Shown here piece by piece: positions 9,305 through 18,993 of a stretch of DNA of 64,000 nucleotides. A program made the translations under genes and the position numbers. A model generated the notes under the pieces. It did no database searches. It was not told the origin of the DNA and saw only the letters and a program-made list of their open reading frames with translations. The DNA is from an uncultured Candidatus Saccharibacteria bacterium. GTDB lineage: Bacteria > Patescibacteriota > Minisyncoccia > Phycocordibacterales > SBAW01. Every line of letters starts with the position of its first letter. Position 1 is the stretch's first letter. The stretch spans positions 399,797 to 463,796 of the forward strand of contig CAZMIU010000001.1 of NCBI GenBank assembly GCA_964566795.1, read 5' to 3'.

Positions 9305-10776
9305 GACTTCTCAACCTCCTCAATCTTTTGCTCTATATATTTTTGGGCGTCTTTGAGGTGTGTCTGGACCTTCTTAATATGAGCCGCGTCTGCCGGCGTA
9401 ATATCGGGGCGTTTGTCAGCGCGCTCCAGGTCTTTGAGCTGCTTTTGTATATCCTTTTTGACCGTCGTCAGCTTTTGCTTGGCCACTTTCTGAAACTTGT
9501 CAGCACCCCGGCTCGAAGATTTGCCCGCGCGGCGCTCCTGGCGGCGCAGCCTCATCCACAGCCAGACGTTCATGAGCAGCGAGAGTACCGAGATAGGCAG
9601 CGCCCACGGCATGAGCGAACTCCAGTTAAACGATGTGAATGCATCCACGACACCAGAGAGCGGGTTTGGCATGGCCTCTACCACAAACGTCGTGCCCTCA
9701 GATACGGTCGTGTTGCCCGCGGCATCTGCGACCCTGAGGGTTGCAGTGTGCTCCCCTGCACCGGTATTAAGTGCAACACTCGCGCCGCTCTCAAGCTTGG
9801 CAGCATCAACGTCGGCCATATAGGCGCCATCGAGCCACAGCTGTGCCGACTTGATGCCGGAGCGCTCATCATCTGCCAGAGCAGCGACATGCAGCGAGCC
9901 GTCGCTATACACGATAGTGGTATCCTCGAGCGTCGGGGCAACCGTATCTATCTGCACCTTGTACGAGTAGACCTCGCTCCACCCGCGCGCAGTGTGCGCC
10001 CGTATATTGAAGTACCATACGCCGTCATCAAGGGCATCAAGCTGCTTTTTGGCAATCGCGGGCTTGTAGGTCACTATCGGCGTGGTGCCCTTGTTTTTGC
10101 CTACAAGCGTCTGTACCGAGTCTGCGCCCTGAGGCAGGGTCCATTGTATAAGAGGTGCGTTTATCGGATACCATGCGTCTTGCGAGGGGTGCGTGGGCGA
10201 GCTTACCACCAATGCGCCCGACGCGGCAGGAGTTGAGGCTGCGGGTATTGTGGCGGGGGCCGGGGCTGTTGTTGCAGGCTCAGTAGTCTTGGTTGGTGCA
10301 CCGACAACGGTAATATAGGAGGCGCCCGTGCTTCTAAGCACGTCAGTGCCCAGACCGTCGTTGGCACGTACCGCAGCGCCCAAGAGCGAGATAGCGCCCG
10401 AACCCGCGGCTTTTGCCCTTAGTGTTACAGAAAACAGCCTGCCCTGCGTTCCGGTATAGCCGGGGGACGGCAACCCGCCGTTGAAGGACACGTCACTGCC
10501 CGTGGATGCGGGCGACTGTATCCACAACGTAAATATGGAAGGGCTCTGATTTACTGAAACTATCTCAAACAAGTCTGTCGGGATAGTAAGCGTACCCTCT
10601 GCGTTGTTTATAGCAACACCCTCGCTGTCGACCATAACCGCCACCAAAATTGTAGAGCCGACAGTAATCTCCGCGCTCGATGGAACCACAAAGAGTGTGG
10701 CTGCGTGCGCACTGGCGGGCATCAAACATACAGCGAGGAGGGCGGCGTACGCATACCAATATCGCACTAATGTCAT
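9301..10776 (-). CDS. Secreted, membrane-anchored cohesin-like domain protein with cytoplasmic coiled coil
   Basis: Signal peptide (..ASAHA), cohesin-type N-domain (INNAEGTL...SIFTLW...FNGGLP), Pro/Thr linker, SPTHP Ig-like domains, TM, basic coiled tail; ATGA overlap with the upstream gene. Confidence 0.72.
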   Translation of the reverse strand: MTLVRYWYAYAALLAVCLMPASAHAATLFVVPSSAEITVGSTILVAVMVDSEGVAINNAEGTLTIPTDLFEIVSVNQSPSIFTLWIQSPASTGSDVSFNGGLPSPGYTGTQGRLFSVTLRAKAAGSGAISLLGAAVRANDGLGTDVLRSTGASYITVVGAPTKTTEPATTAPAPATIPAASTPAASGALVVSSPTHPSQDAWYPINAPLIQWTLPQGADSVQTLVGKNKGTTPIVTYKPAIAKKQLDALDDGVWYFNIRAHTARGWSEVYSYKVQIDTVAPTLEDTTIVYSDGSLHVAALADDERSGIKSAQLWLDGAYMADVDAAKLESGASVALNTGAGEHTATLRVADAAGNTTVSEGTTFVVEAMPNPLSGVVDAFTSFNWSSLMPWALPISVLSLLMNVWLWMRLRRQERRAGKSSSRGADKFQKVAKQKLTTVKKDIQKQLKDLERADKRPDITPADAAHIKKVQTHLKDAQKYIEQKIEEVEKS

Positions 10777-11639
10777 GAAAATGGGTGGTGGCGCTTTTTG
10801 CGGGCAAGCAGATACCAAACCCCGAGCACCAATACGAGCAGTATACCTCCCCACATGAACAATGACGTGCTCCCTGTGTGTATAGACGCTATTTTTTCTG
10901 TCACCGAGTTGCCGGCCGCATCTGTTACACGCACCCAGACACTGCTCCCCTGTGACTGATCTTCAAGGACATAATATCTGTCTGCTGGTTTGTACAAACC
11001 AAACCATCCCTCTTTAACTTCATACGAGGTTACGCCTGAGTTGTCGTCGGTCGCAAAGAATGTGACAAACTTCTGACCATCAAACAAAGCAGGGTCCTGC
11101 CCCACCTCCACAGACACAAATTGCGGTGCGGTACTGTCTTTGCTTTTTTGTGCAACGGGCTGGCTAGATGATGCTACAGCAACCTTTTTACTAAACCCAC
11201 TGACAGGCAGCACACTGCCCTTGCCGTCTGCCTTAAACGCGCGCGCCGCCTTAAGGGCAAGGGCGTAGGAGCCGCTTGCCGGTGCGCGGGCCTCGATAGA
11301 AAACAGCATCACATCCTCACCGGGGCCTATAGCAGATGGCACCCCGCCTGCAAACTCTATCTCGCGTGTGCCCGGGGCATAGCGCGGCACCACAGGCCAG
11401 AGGCTAAACGCCGAGCCACCTGTACTTACACTAAGGACTGCCGCACCCTCAAGCACAAATGTGCCCTCTGCCGCGTTTATCTGGTCCCCCTCTGTTGCAA
11501 GGCGGGCCTCTATAGTAAACGTCTCTCCTGCAACCGGCGCTGTGGGCGTCGTGCTTACGAGTATCTGCGCAGCATACGCGGGTACAGCGGCGCCAAGAAT
11601 CCCCAAGAAAAGCAGTGTTTGTATAGCGAGTGATTTCAT
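10773..11639 (-). CDS. Secreted, membrane-anchored cohesin-like domain protein
   Basis: Signal peptide (..PAYA), cohesin-type domain (INAAEGTF...SAFSLW...FAGGVP...ADGKG), Ig-like domain, C-terminal TM plus RKKR. Confidence 0.72.
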   Translation of the reverse strand: MKSLAIQTLLFLGILGAAVPAYAAQILVSTTPTAPVAGETFTIEARLATEGDQINAAEGTFVLEGAAVLSVSTGGSAFSLWPVVPRYAPGTREIEFAGGVPSAIGPGEDVMLFSIEARAPASGSYALALKAARAFKADGKGSVLPVSGFSKKVAVASSSQPVAQKSKDSTAPQFVSVEVGQDPALFDGQKFVTFFATDDNSGVTSYEVKEGWFGLYKPADRYYVLEDQSQGSSVWVRVTDAAGNSVTEKIASIHTGSTSLFMWGGILLVLVLGVWYLLARKKRHHPFS

Positions 11640-11643
11640 ACGG

Positions 11644-14600
11644 TTACTTGCTCCAGCGGTACAAGAGGATTGAGAAGTCGACAGAGTCTATCTTGTTGTC
11701 GCGGTTAAGGTCGACTGCCGCATTCTTAAACGGCCCAGGCGTCTTCCAGAACGCCAAGAGGATAGAAAAGTCGGTGCCGTTTACCTTTGCATCTCCGTTA
11801 ATATCTGCAGGCGCGCTCGCAGCGGGCGTACTCTCGCTCCTTGTATTTGAGCTGCCGCCACCCCCGCCGCCACCCCCGCCTCCGCCGCTTCCCCCGCCGC
11901 CAGAAGAGGCGGGTGCCGTAGCGACAAACTGGCGCGACGCTACAGAGGAGTCTGCCCCAAAGTACGCAACAGTTTTAAAGTAGTACGTTCCTGCAAGCGG
12001 CACGGTTGCACTGAGTGTAGTGTCAAAGTCGTCTCCCGAGTCTATGAGCTTTGCCGCAGAGGCATAGTAGGTATCATCGCCGCCGCCGCAGGCGTTCGAT
12101 ACGCTTGAGACAACACACCACTCGTACTGGTACTCGTAATCTACTGAGCCTTCGTTGGTGATGCGGATATTGGCCGATATGCTGGGCGTTTCGGTGGAGC
12201 CCATACTCTGTATGAGCACCTGGGCCGGCGCGCTTACCACGCTCCAGTAGTCGTTGGTTTGTATGGTCTTGCCGCTCTCAACCTGGGTTGACACCACCGA
12301 CTCCCAGGTGCCCTCTGCGGCCGAGCCCGAGGTGGTGTAGGTGTACTCGTATACGCCCGTACTCAGGAGCGTCATCGCAACCCCGGAGACAACCGTGTTG
12401 CGGTCGGCGTCGTATACGGTTATGGCCGGGGCCGTGTTGGGTGCCGTTAATGTACTGCCGTAGAGGGTGGTAACACGTGCACGGTAGACATCGCCCGCGA
12501 GAGCGCTGTCAAAGTCCGACATCTGCACCAGCCAGCCGTTGCTTGCCGCCGATATGTTGCCTATTGCACTTCCAATCGACGACGATGCGGTAGTCACGAC
12601 ACTGTTTGTATTAGCATTGACGACTGCAGCAACTGAGGAGGACGCGGTCTGTACGTCAGACAGTGTTGCAAGCGAGCCGGAGGTAAGCGCCGCGGTCGTG
12701 AGCGAGCGGGCTGCGTAGGTCCAAATGTCAGCGGCGGTAAGCGAGCCTGCACCGGAGATGCCCGATATGGCCGCATCGAGGTTGTCGACGATGAGCTTGC
12801 CTACTGTGCCTGGGCTCGTGAGCGTTGTGGTGGCAACGTTCCAGACTGCGGCCGGGAGCGAGGCCACAGAGCCGACCAGGGATGCGAGCGAGGAACCCAG
12901 GGACGAGGAGGCGGCCAAAACAACGCTGTTGGTGTTGGCATTGACGACTGCGGCTAGGGATGAAGAGGCGGTAGATACAGTTGAGGAGAGTGATGCGGTC
13001 TGGGTGTTGGTGTTTGCATTGACGACCGCGGCTACAGACGAGGATGCGGTCTGTACGTCAGACTGGGTTGCAAGTGAGCCTGTGTCGAGCCCGGCGCCCG
13101 TGAGCGTGCGTGTGCCAGAGCTCCAGACATCGGCCGCAAGGGTGCCAAACGAGCTGAGCGTCCTGCCGCCTGCGGCCCATACCGCGGCTGGGATGCCGGA
13201 AACTGAGGAGGCCACAGAGGAGATAACTGAGCCCAAAGACGATGACGCGGCCAGCACAATACTGTTGGTGTTCGCGTTTACAACAGAGGCAACCGACGAC
13301 GAGGCGGTGTTTATCGCAGCGACTGTGTTGGTATTAACCGTGGCTGCAATTGAAGAGGATGCAGTTGAGACTGCGCTGTTGGTGTTGGCGTTGACTACTG
13401 CAGCTACAGATGACGAGGCCGTCCCAACATCAGACTGTGTCGCCAGTGAGCCCGACGAGAGGCCGGCGCCCGTGAGCGTGCGCGTGCCCGAGGCCCATAC
13501 GTCCGCCGCAAGAGTGCTGAACGACGTGAGCGTCCTGCCGCTGTAGTCCCATACCGCAGCCGGTATACCTGTCACCGCCGAAGCCACCGACGATATCGCC
13601 GCACCCAGAGACGAGGAAGCTACCAGGACAATACTGTTGGTGTTTGAGTTTACAGTCGCCGCAATTGAGGAAGACGCGGTTGAGACCGTGCTGTTGGTAT
13701 TTGCGTTTACCACTGCCGCAACCGAGGATGAGGCTGTTGAGACCGTGTTGTTGGTGTTGGCATTGACCACTGCCGCGACAGATGACGATGCAGTCCCGAT
13801 GTCAGACTGGGTTGCAAGTGAGCCTGTGTCGAGCCCGGCGCCCGTGAGCGTGCGCGTGCCAGAGCTCCAGACATCGGCCGCAAGCGTGCCAAACGAGCTG
13901 AGCGTCCTGCCGCCTGCGGCCCATACCGCGGCTGGGATGCCGGAAACTGAGGAGGCCACAGAGGAGATAACTGAGCCCAAAGACGATGACGCGGCCAGCA
14001 CAATACTGTTGGTGTTGGCATTGACGACCGCGGCGATTGAGGAGGATGCTGTGGCAAGGTCGGCGGCCGAGAGCGTGTCGAGTGCATCAACCGCAGAGCC
14101 AATCGACGACGATGCAGTCGCCACCACACTCGAGGTGTTGGCGTTGACGACCGCGGCTACAGACGAGGACGCGGTCTGTACGTCAGAGAGGGTTGCAAGT
14201 GAGCCCGTGTCGAGCCCGGCGCCCGTGAGCGTGCGTGTAGCGGCGCTCCACACGTCCGCGGCCAAAGAGCCGAACGTAGACAAGGAGCGGGTGCCATAGC
14301 TCCAGATGCTGGCCGGGATAGAAGCAAGTGTAGAGAGCACAGAGGTGAGCGATGTCCCAAGCGAAGATGACGCGGCCAAAACAACGCTGTTGGTATTTTC
14401 ATTAACTATATCGGCCACTTCCTGCGCCGTAGGGATGGTAGCGGAGGAGGTTGCCACAATAAACGTCTTGTCCTGCTTAACCAGCGAGCCGTCGCCCGCA
14501 TAGCCGCAGCTCATCTGCGCAGGAAATGTGCCATGCGTGCTCGTGGAGTAGCTATAGCTATAAAAGCTGTCAGCCCCGGCAGACATACTGGCGGCATTAA

Positions 14601-14817
14601 CTTCTACCGAGCCTGAGGGCCCCCATATCGACACGTAGCAGTTGGTCGTTGTTGCGGTATAGTCGTCGTCGTACACAAAATCGCCCAGCACTACTGTTTG
14701 GCCGGGAGCATACGTGGTATAGGCAGCCGACGCAGATGAGGCAAAAAAGAGAGGTAGCGCGAGCAGAACCCAAACCGAGAGAAGAAATCTCCTATTTCTT
14801 CTTGGCGGAATTATCAT
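11644..14817 (-). CDS. Large repetitive surface protein (1057 aa) with twin-arginine-type signal and C-terminal dockerin
   Basis: MIIPPRRNRRFLLSVWVLLALPLFFASSASA; Ser/Ala/Thr repeats; poly-Gly linker; paired Ca-loop motifs DINGDAKVNGTDFSILL and DLNRDNKIDSVDFSILL. The upstream part of the listed ORF overlaps tatA. Confidence 0.8.
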   Translation of the reverse strand: MIIPPRRNRRFLLSVWVLLALPLFFASSASAAYTTYAPGQTVVLGDFVYDDDYTATTTNCYVSIWGPSGSVEVNAASMSAGADSFYSYSYSTSTHGTFPAQMSCGYAGDGSLVKQDKTFIVATSSATIPTAQEVADIVNENTNSVVLAASSSLGTSLTSVLSTLASIPASIWSYGTRSLSTFGSLAADVWSAATRTLTGAGLDTGSLATLSDVQTASSSVAAVVNANTSSVVATASSSIGSAVDALDTLSAADLATASSSIAAVVNANTNSIVLAASSSLGSVISSVASSVSGIPAAVWAAGGRTLSSFGTLAADVWSSGTRTLTGAGLDTGSLATQSDIGTASSSVAAVVNANTNNTVSTASSSVAAVVNANTNSTVSTASSSIAATVNSNTNSIVLVASSSLGAAISSVASAVTGIPAAVWDYSGRTLTSFSTLAADVWASGTRTLTGAGLSSGSLATQSDVGTASSSVAAVVNANTNSAVSTASSSIAATVNTNTVAAINTASSSVASVVNANTNSIVLAASSSLGSVISSVASSVSGIPAAVWAAGGRTLSSFGTLAADVWSSGTRTLTGAGLDTGSLATQSDVQTASSSVAAVVNANTNTQTASLSSTVSTASSSLAAVVNANTNSVVLAASSSLGSSLASLVGSVASLPAAVWNVATTTLTSPGTVGKLIVDNLDAAISGISGAGSLTAADIWTYAARSLTTAALTSGSLATLSDVQTASSSVAAVVNANTNSVVTTASSSIGSAIGNISAASNGWLVQMSDFDSALAGDVYRARVTTLYGSTLTAPNTAPAITVYDADRNTVVSGVAMTLLSTGVYEYTYTTSGSAAEGTWESVVSTQVESGKTIQTNDYWSVVSAPAQVLIQSMGSTETPSISANIRITNEGSVDYEYQYEWCVVSSVSNACGGGDDTYYASAAKLIDSGDDFDTTLSATVPLAGTYYFKTVAYFGADSSVASRQFVATAPASSGGGGSGGGGGGGGGGGSSNTRSESTPAASAPADINGDAKVNGTDFSILLAFWKTPGPFKNAAVDLNRDNKIDSVDFSILLYRWSK
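13057..14016. repeat. 216-bp near-identical intragenic direct repeat (13057-13272 and 13801-14016)
   Basis: Copies offset by 744 nt (248 codons), two substitutions seen; degenerate copies near 12600-12720, 13430-13640 and 14140-14390. Confidence 0.85.
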
Positions 14818-14950
14818 CGGTAAATCCCTTGCGCAGCGTGCGCACTGCTTCAACGATATTCTGCGCAAGCGCCGGGATCTTCCGGGAGCCGAACAAGAGC
14901 ACCAGGATAACTGCGACAATGAGCAGTTCCTTAAATCCTATATCAAACAT
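14792..14950 (-). CDS. tatA: Twin-arginine translocase TatA/B family subunit (52 aa)
   Basis: Manual translation MFDIGFKELLIVAVILVLLFGSRKIPALAQNIVEAVRTLRKGFTDDNSAKKK*; TM, FG hinge, amphipathic helix; adjacent to tatC; below the ORF-track cutoff. Confidence 0.88.
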   Translation of the reverse strand: MFDIGFKELLIVAVILVLLFGSRKIPALAQNIVEAVRTLRKGFTDDNSAKKK

Positions 14951-14962
14951 AATTCTTGGAGT

Positions 14963-15712
14963 CTATAAATAATGCTGCACGCGGGCCGTATGGAACGCGC
15001 TCCTTCCAGGACGGTTAATAAACAAGACCAGTTCAAACAAACCTACCAATGGCACCGCCATTACTAGTAAGGATAGGCCGTCGGTGGGCGGAAGTAAAGC
15101 AACAATAACCACAGCCGCCGCGTACACGAGGCGCCTGTTCTCTCCCAGGGCGTGGGGCGTAACTATCCCAAAGCGCAGCAGACACTGCACCGCGAGCGGA
15201 AACTGGAACAATATCCCCAAAAATACCGATGTAAGGAATATCTGGCCAAAAAATGTGCTTATGTCCCAATAGTTCGAAAGCCCCAGCGTCTCGTTAAATG
15301 AGGTGGCGACCCCGAGCGTGGCATACAGTATGGCGACCCCGTAGGCAAACCCCATGCAGAAGAGCGCCACTGCAAGCCCCGCGTAGCGCGCCAGCATGCC
15401 GCGCTCGTGCCGCGTAAGCGCCGGCCGCAAAAAGTCATACACCTGCAGCAGCGCGGCGGGGAATGTAAGTGCAAACGCGGTGCTCAGCCCGATGCTGACC
15501 GACAGCGAAAACGCCTGGAAGGGCGACGACACTATGTACGACACGTTGTTGAGCGCAAACAGCGCTATCACCTGCTTGATAAGCATAGGCGCCGCAAAAA
15601 ACCCCGCGGCAAACAGCGCGACAAACGCGACCGCAAGCACCAACAGGCGCTTGCGCAGCTCCTCAAAGTAAGGGCCGTAGTCCTTAAGCAGGTTGTGTAG
15701 CGGGGTGTCCAT
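14963..15712 (-). CDS. tatC: Twin-arginine translocase TatC
   Basis: EELRKRLL, DFLRPALTRHER, LFQFP, NRR...LPPTD...PLVGLFE; six hydrophobic segments. Confidence 0.87.
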   Translation of the reverse strand: MDTPLHNLLKDYGPYFEELRKRLLVLAVAFVALFAAGFFAAPMLIKQVIALFALNNVSYIVSSPFQAFSLSVSIGLSTAFALTFPAALLQVYDFLRPALTRHERGMLARYAGLAVALFCMGFAYGVAILYATLGVATSFNETLGLSNYWDISTFFGQIFLTSVFLGILFQFPLAVQCLLRFGIVTPHALGENRRLVYAAAVVIVALLPPTDGLSLLVMAVPLVGLFELVLFINRPGRSAFHTARVQHYL

Positions 15713-15716
15713 GGCG

Positions 15717-15902
15717 CTACTCGGTGATGATAAATACGTTGCCGCCCTCGCCCTCCTGTGCCGGCACCTCGTGCACCAGGTACTGCGCGTCGTCGCTCGT
15801 GTACACTGCGTCAGACAAAGACCCGTCGTAGGAGCCCGCAGGCACCTCGACTATAAAGTCCTGCCCCTCGCCCTCAGAAAAGTTTACGTCAGCGAGTGCC
15901 AT
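15717..15902 (-). CDS. Small acidic hypothetical protein (61 aa)
   Basis: ATG start; fits the operon with 3-4 nt gaps on both sides. Confidence 0.65.
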   Translation of the reverse strand: MALADVNFSEGEGQDFIVEVPAGSYDGSLSDAVYTSDDAQYLVHEVPAQEGEGGNVFIITE

Positions 15903-15905
15903 ATA

Positions 15906-16547
15906 TTATCCACGGCTTCGGGCGCCGCGCCGCGCCAGCTTTATACCACCCTTGCGCAGGGCCTCCGGGGTCGATGTTGCCTCCACCGGCACCAGAGCGG
16001 GTATCGTATCCAGACTCTCTGTTGCAGGCAAAGACTCAACGCTGGCAGCAGGTGTGGTCGAGGTGGCCTCTGTGGACGGTACAAGCGCCTCCGGTGTAGT
16101 AGACGACATAGCTGTATCTGTGGGGACAGAGAGCGGCGCCTCTTGTTGGATACTTGGCGCGGTAGCCTCGTTTGGAGCCTGCGCAGGCACATCGCGTTCT
16201 TCTTCTGTGGCGGCCTGCTCGGTGCGTATCACAGAGTCCAGCGAGTCGGGCTCGAGCGAGCCTGCATTCATTTTTGCCAGGAGCTCGTCGCTCATGCGCA
16301 CATAGGAGGCGGCCGCGTGTGTGGAATCGGGGTCAATAGCCAAAAGCGCTCTCCCTAGCTCAACAGGGTCGGAGTGTTGGTACATTACATTGCCGTATCG
16401 TACATACTGCGCCTGGTAAGCCACCACCGGGGCACCTGTGCCGGCGGCGCATTCTATAAGCGCTGTATCCTCGTAGTCCCCTGTCGCAGTAACCACCGAC
16501 AATGCCGTATCCCCTTGTACCGATTGTCCGTGCGTTATGCGTATCAT
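15906..16547 (-). CDS. Hypothetical protein with acidic/Pro-Thr low-complexity C-half and basic tail
   Basis: 213 aa ORF with 2-3 nt gaps to its neighbours. Confidence 0.7.
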   Translation of the reverse strand: MIRITHGQSVQGDTALSVVTATGDYEDTALIECAAGTGAPVVAYQAQYVRYGNVMYQHSDPVELGRALLAIDPDSTHAAASYVRMSDELLAKMNAGSLEPDSLDSVIRTEQAATEEERDVPAQAPNEATAPSIQQEAPLSVPTDTAMSSTTPEALVPSTEATSTTPAASVESLPATESLDTIPALVPVEATSTPEALRKGGIKLARRGARSRG

Positions 16548-16549
16548 GG

Positions 16550-18961
16550 CTAATTCTGGGTAAGTAGTGCCCGTACTTTAATGTCGTCTGCAAGCGACGT
16601 GGGTGTGTAGCGTATGTACGTCGTCTCGTTCCCCTTGTCGGTAGTGTTGTATGAGCCCCACGCGCCGCCGTCGTTGGTCGACTTCTCCCACGTGCCGTCT
16701 GCCGATGCCGTCGTCGTGTCATCCAGCAGGAGCCCACCTGTCTCTGCGTTATACAGGCGTATGCGCAGGGTGGGCACTGTGCCTCCAAACGCAGTCGAGA
16801 ACCGCCACGCAAACCTCTTGCTTGAAATGGACGATTGCGCCACAGACGGCTGGTAGTGGCTGTCGGTGGTGTTGTCCTCATACACCACGCACACGTTGTA
16901 TACGCGGTTTGGCAGGCAAAATGTGCCAATCGTGCGGAACTCCAGAGCAAACTGGATAGCCGACGCACCGTCGACGCTGGTCAAGTCCCCTGTCTGATCA
17001 ATAAGCGTCCATGACCCGCTATTGTCGGAGATGCCCGAGGTACGGTAGTACATGCGCACCGGCTCCGTGGGCAAAGTCAGGTTGTCGGTGCCCAGATACT
17101 GCGCGGTATTAAAGTAAGCGCGCACGTATTTTTCCGCATTGGGGGTTGAGAGGGACGGCGTTACAAGCCGCTGCTTTACCGTGCCATCTGCATACGTCCA
17201 GTCAGCACCAAGCGGCACTGCATACAAGTGGTTGGTGGTAGATGCGGTACCCGCGCGTGCAATGTAGGTAAGCCCCTCTTCAGACCACACATTAAACACG
17301 CCGGCGTTTATGGTTGGGTGCGGCACCGATGCCGAGTCGGCAACCGACTGGTCCATCTGCTTGGAGTCTATGAGGAACATGTGGTCAAACGGGTCGGAGT
17401 TGGTGTTGTATTTGGTTACATAGCTGCGCACGCCGGCGGCACCTGTCGATGTCACAATAAGCCGGTCTATCTGGTCAGATATCTCAACACCCGTCAAGGC
17501 GCCCGTTACGGCATAGGTGCCTGTGCCGCCGGTTGGGACCTCCACCATGTTGTCGGACAAAAAGGTGGTCGAGCCCGTCGTGATATTGGAGACTGCCACG
17601 CGGTACACGCGCGTGGTGGTGACGAAGTAGAGCGACTTAACCCCGCTCCCGGGGCCGTGCTGCAGCGTACCCAACCTCCCGTTGTTCGTCTGCGACACGT
17701 TGCCGGTAACCGTCTGCACACCTGTGGCAAGCACAAATGCCGAGGTTGTCTTGCCGGACGATATTGAAGCAAGCGCCGTGCGGAAGTTATATTTGTATAT
17801 TGCCGGCGTTGTCGCGGCTTGGCGCTCAATTATGTAGCAGTACTGCTGGGTCCAGCTGTCTCTGTCATCAAGTGCCAGGCCCGAGGCCACGTCGTTGGTG
17901 ACAGTAGAGGCATCCGCAAGCCAGTACACCCCTTTTACTTTATCTACAGTAGTCGCGGCCGCAATGGTTGTACCGGCCGTGGCAAAGTCACCATAAGCGA
18001 GCCCTGGCGCCATATACAAGCCGCCGTTGGTAGCGGTGGCATTCGTAGTTGCCGTCAGGACGCGCAGGTCCTCTATAACATAGTCGGCGCCTGCGCCAAC
18101 CGATATGTTTGCCGCGGTACCTCCGGTACCCGCCGCAGTCACGTTTACCTGTATGGTAATCGAGGTGTCCGAGCCAACTGCATTTATATAGTACCAAGTA
18201 GATATCTGAGTTGGGTCTGTCGAGCCAAACCCGATGCGCGAGCCAATGTTGATGCGGTCGGAGCTCCAGGTGGTGTTAGAGCCTGTAACTGTTGCGCCCG
18301 ATACCCCAACGGTGCCGGTAGTGTACTTGGCATACACCACGCGCATGCCGGCAATAGTGTGGTTGGTGGCCGTGGGGTATGTGAGCGTTACAAACCCCTT
18401 CCACGTAAAGACCGACGTGCCCCGGCGGAACTCAAACATGGTTATGCGCCTGGTTGTGGCCGCGGTGGCAATGTCCGCCAAAAACACCCAGTCGATGTTG
18501 TAGTTCATGTCGATCACGTACGAGGTGCCGCCGCTCACAGTGCCAGCCGAGCTGTCTATCGTAATAGAGGTGGCGGAGCCAATGGCGGTAATGTTGTACC
18601 AATCGGTCACCGCGGCCGGGTCGGTGGTGCCAAAGCCTATGCGCGCGTTAATAGGCACGCCAGCCGACAACCAGCTGGTGCCGGAGCCCGTAACAGCTGT
18701 GCCGGAGGCGGACACTGTCCCGGTAGTGTAATACCCCGACTTGTCCGCCCAGCGCACCACGTGCGGATACACGCCAGGTACGGCGGTACTTGTCTCGTTG
18801 GGGCGGGCCACCGCAACCTTTACCGGTCCGGCAAACTTGTCGGTGTTGGTCGCCCCCGTGTACTGGCGGATAAGGTCGCCTAAAACAGTCTTGCTTGAGT
18901 CGTACGAGTCATACATAACCGTACCCCCCGTAAAAAGATGTTCTACAACTCGTTTTGCCAT
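16550..18961 (-). CDS. 803 aa Thr/Gly-rich beta protein with two phage-tail-fibre-like modules; no signal peptide
   Basis: Duplicated YTTGTVxxSGxxVTGSxTxW...RIGFGxTDP...WYxIxAxGSxTSITI module. Confidence 0.75.
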   Translation of the reverse strand: MAKRVVEHLFTGGTVMYDSYDSSKTVLGDLIRQYTGATNTDKFAGPVKVAVARPNETSTAVPGVYPHVVRWADKSGYYTTGTVSASGTAVTGSGTSWLSAGVPINARIGFGTTDPAAVTDWYNITAIGSATSITIDSSAGTVSGGTSYVIDMNYNIDWVFLADIATAATTRRITMFEFRRGTSVFTWKGFVTLTYPTATNHTIAGMRVVYAKYTTGTVGVSGATVTGSNTTWSSDRINIGSRIGFGSTDPTQISTWYYINAVGSDTSITIQVNVTAAGTGGTAANISVGAGADYVIEDLRVLTATTNATATNGGLYMAPGLAYGDFATAGTTIAAATTVDKVKGVYWLADASTVTNDVASGLALDDRDSWTQQYCYIIERQAATTPAIYKYNFRTALASISSGKTTSAFVLATGVQTVTGNVSQTNNGRLGTLQHGPGSGVKSLYFVTTTRVYRVAVSNITTGSTTFLSDNMVEVPTGGTGTYAVTGALTGVEISDQIDRLIVTSTGAAGVRSYVTKYNTNSDPFDHMFLIDSKQMDQSVADSASVPHPTINAGVFNVWSEEGLTYIARAGTASTTNHLYAVPLGADWTYADGTVKQRLVTPSLSTPNAEKYVRAYFNTAQYLGTDNLTLPTEPVRMYYRTSGISDNSGSWTLIDQTGDLTSVDGASAIQFALEFRTIGTFCLPNRVYNVCVVYEDNTTDSHYQPSVAQSSISSKRFAWRFSTAFGGTVPTLRIRLYNAETGGLLLDDTTTASADGTWEKSTNDGGAWGSYNTTDKGNETTYIRYTPTSLADDIKVRALLTQN

Positions 18962-18993
18962 ACTATGAATTCCCTATGAATACGTACATTTAA

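Noticed and set aside
12600-14390. Possible CRISPR array or DGR template/variable repeat pair
   Set aside because: The repeats are in-frame coding units without unique spacers, differences are not adenine-specific, and no cas or reverse transcriptase gene is in the window.
14818-14919. Cys/Arg-rich N-terminus of the 1091 aa ORF
   Set aside because: It is an alternative frame of tatA; the signal peptide begins at ATG 14817.
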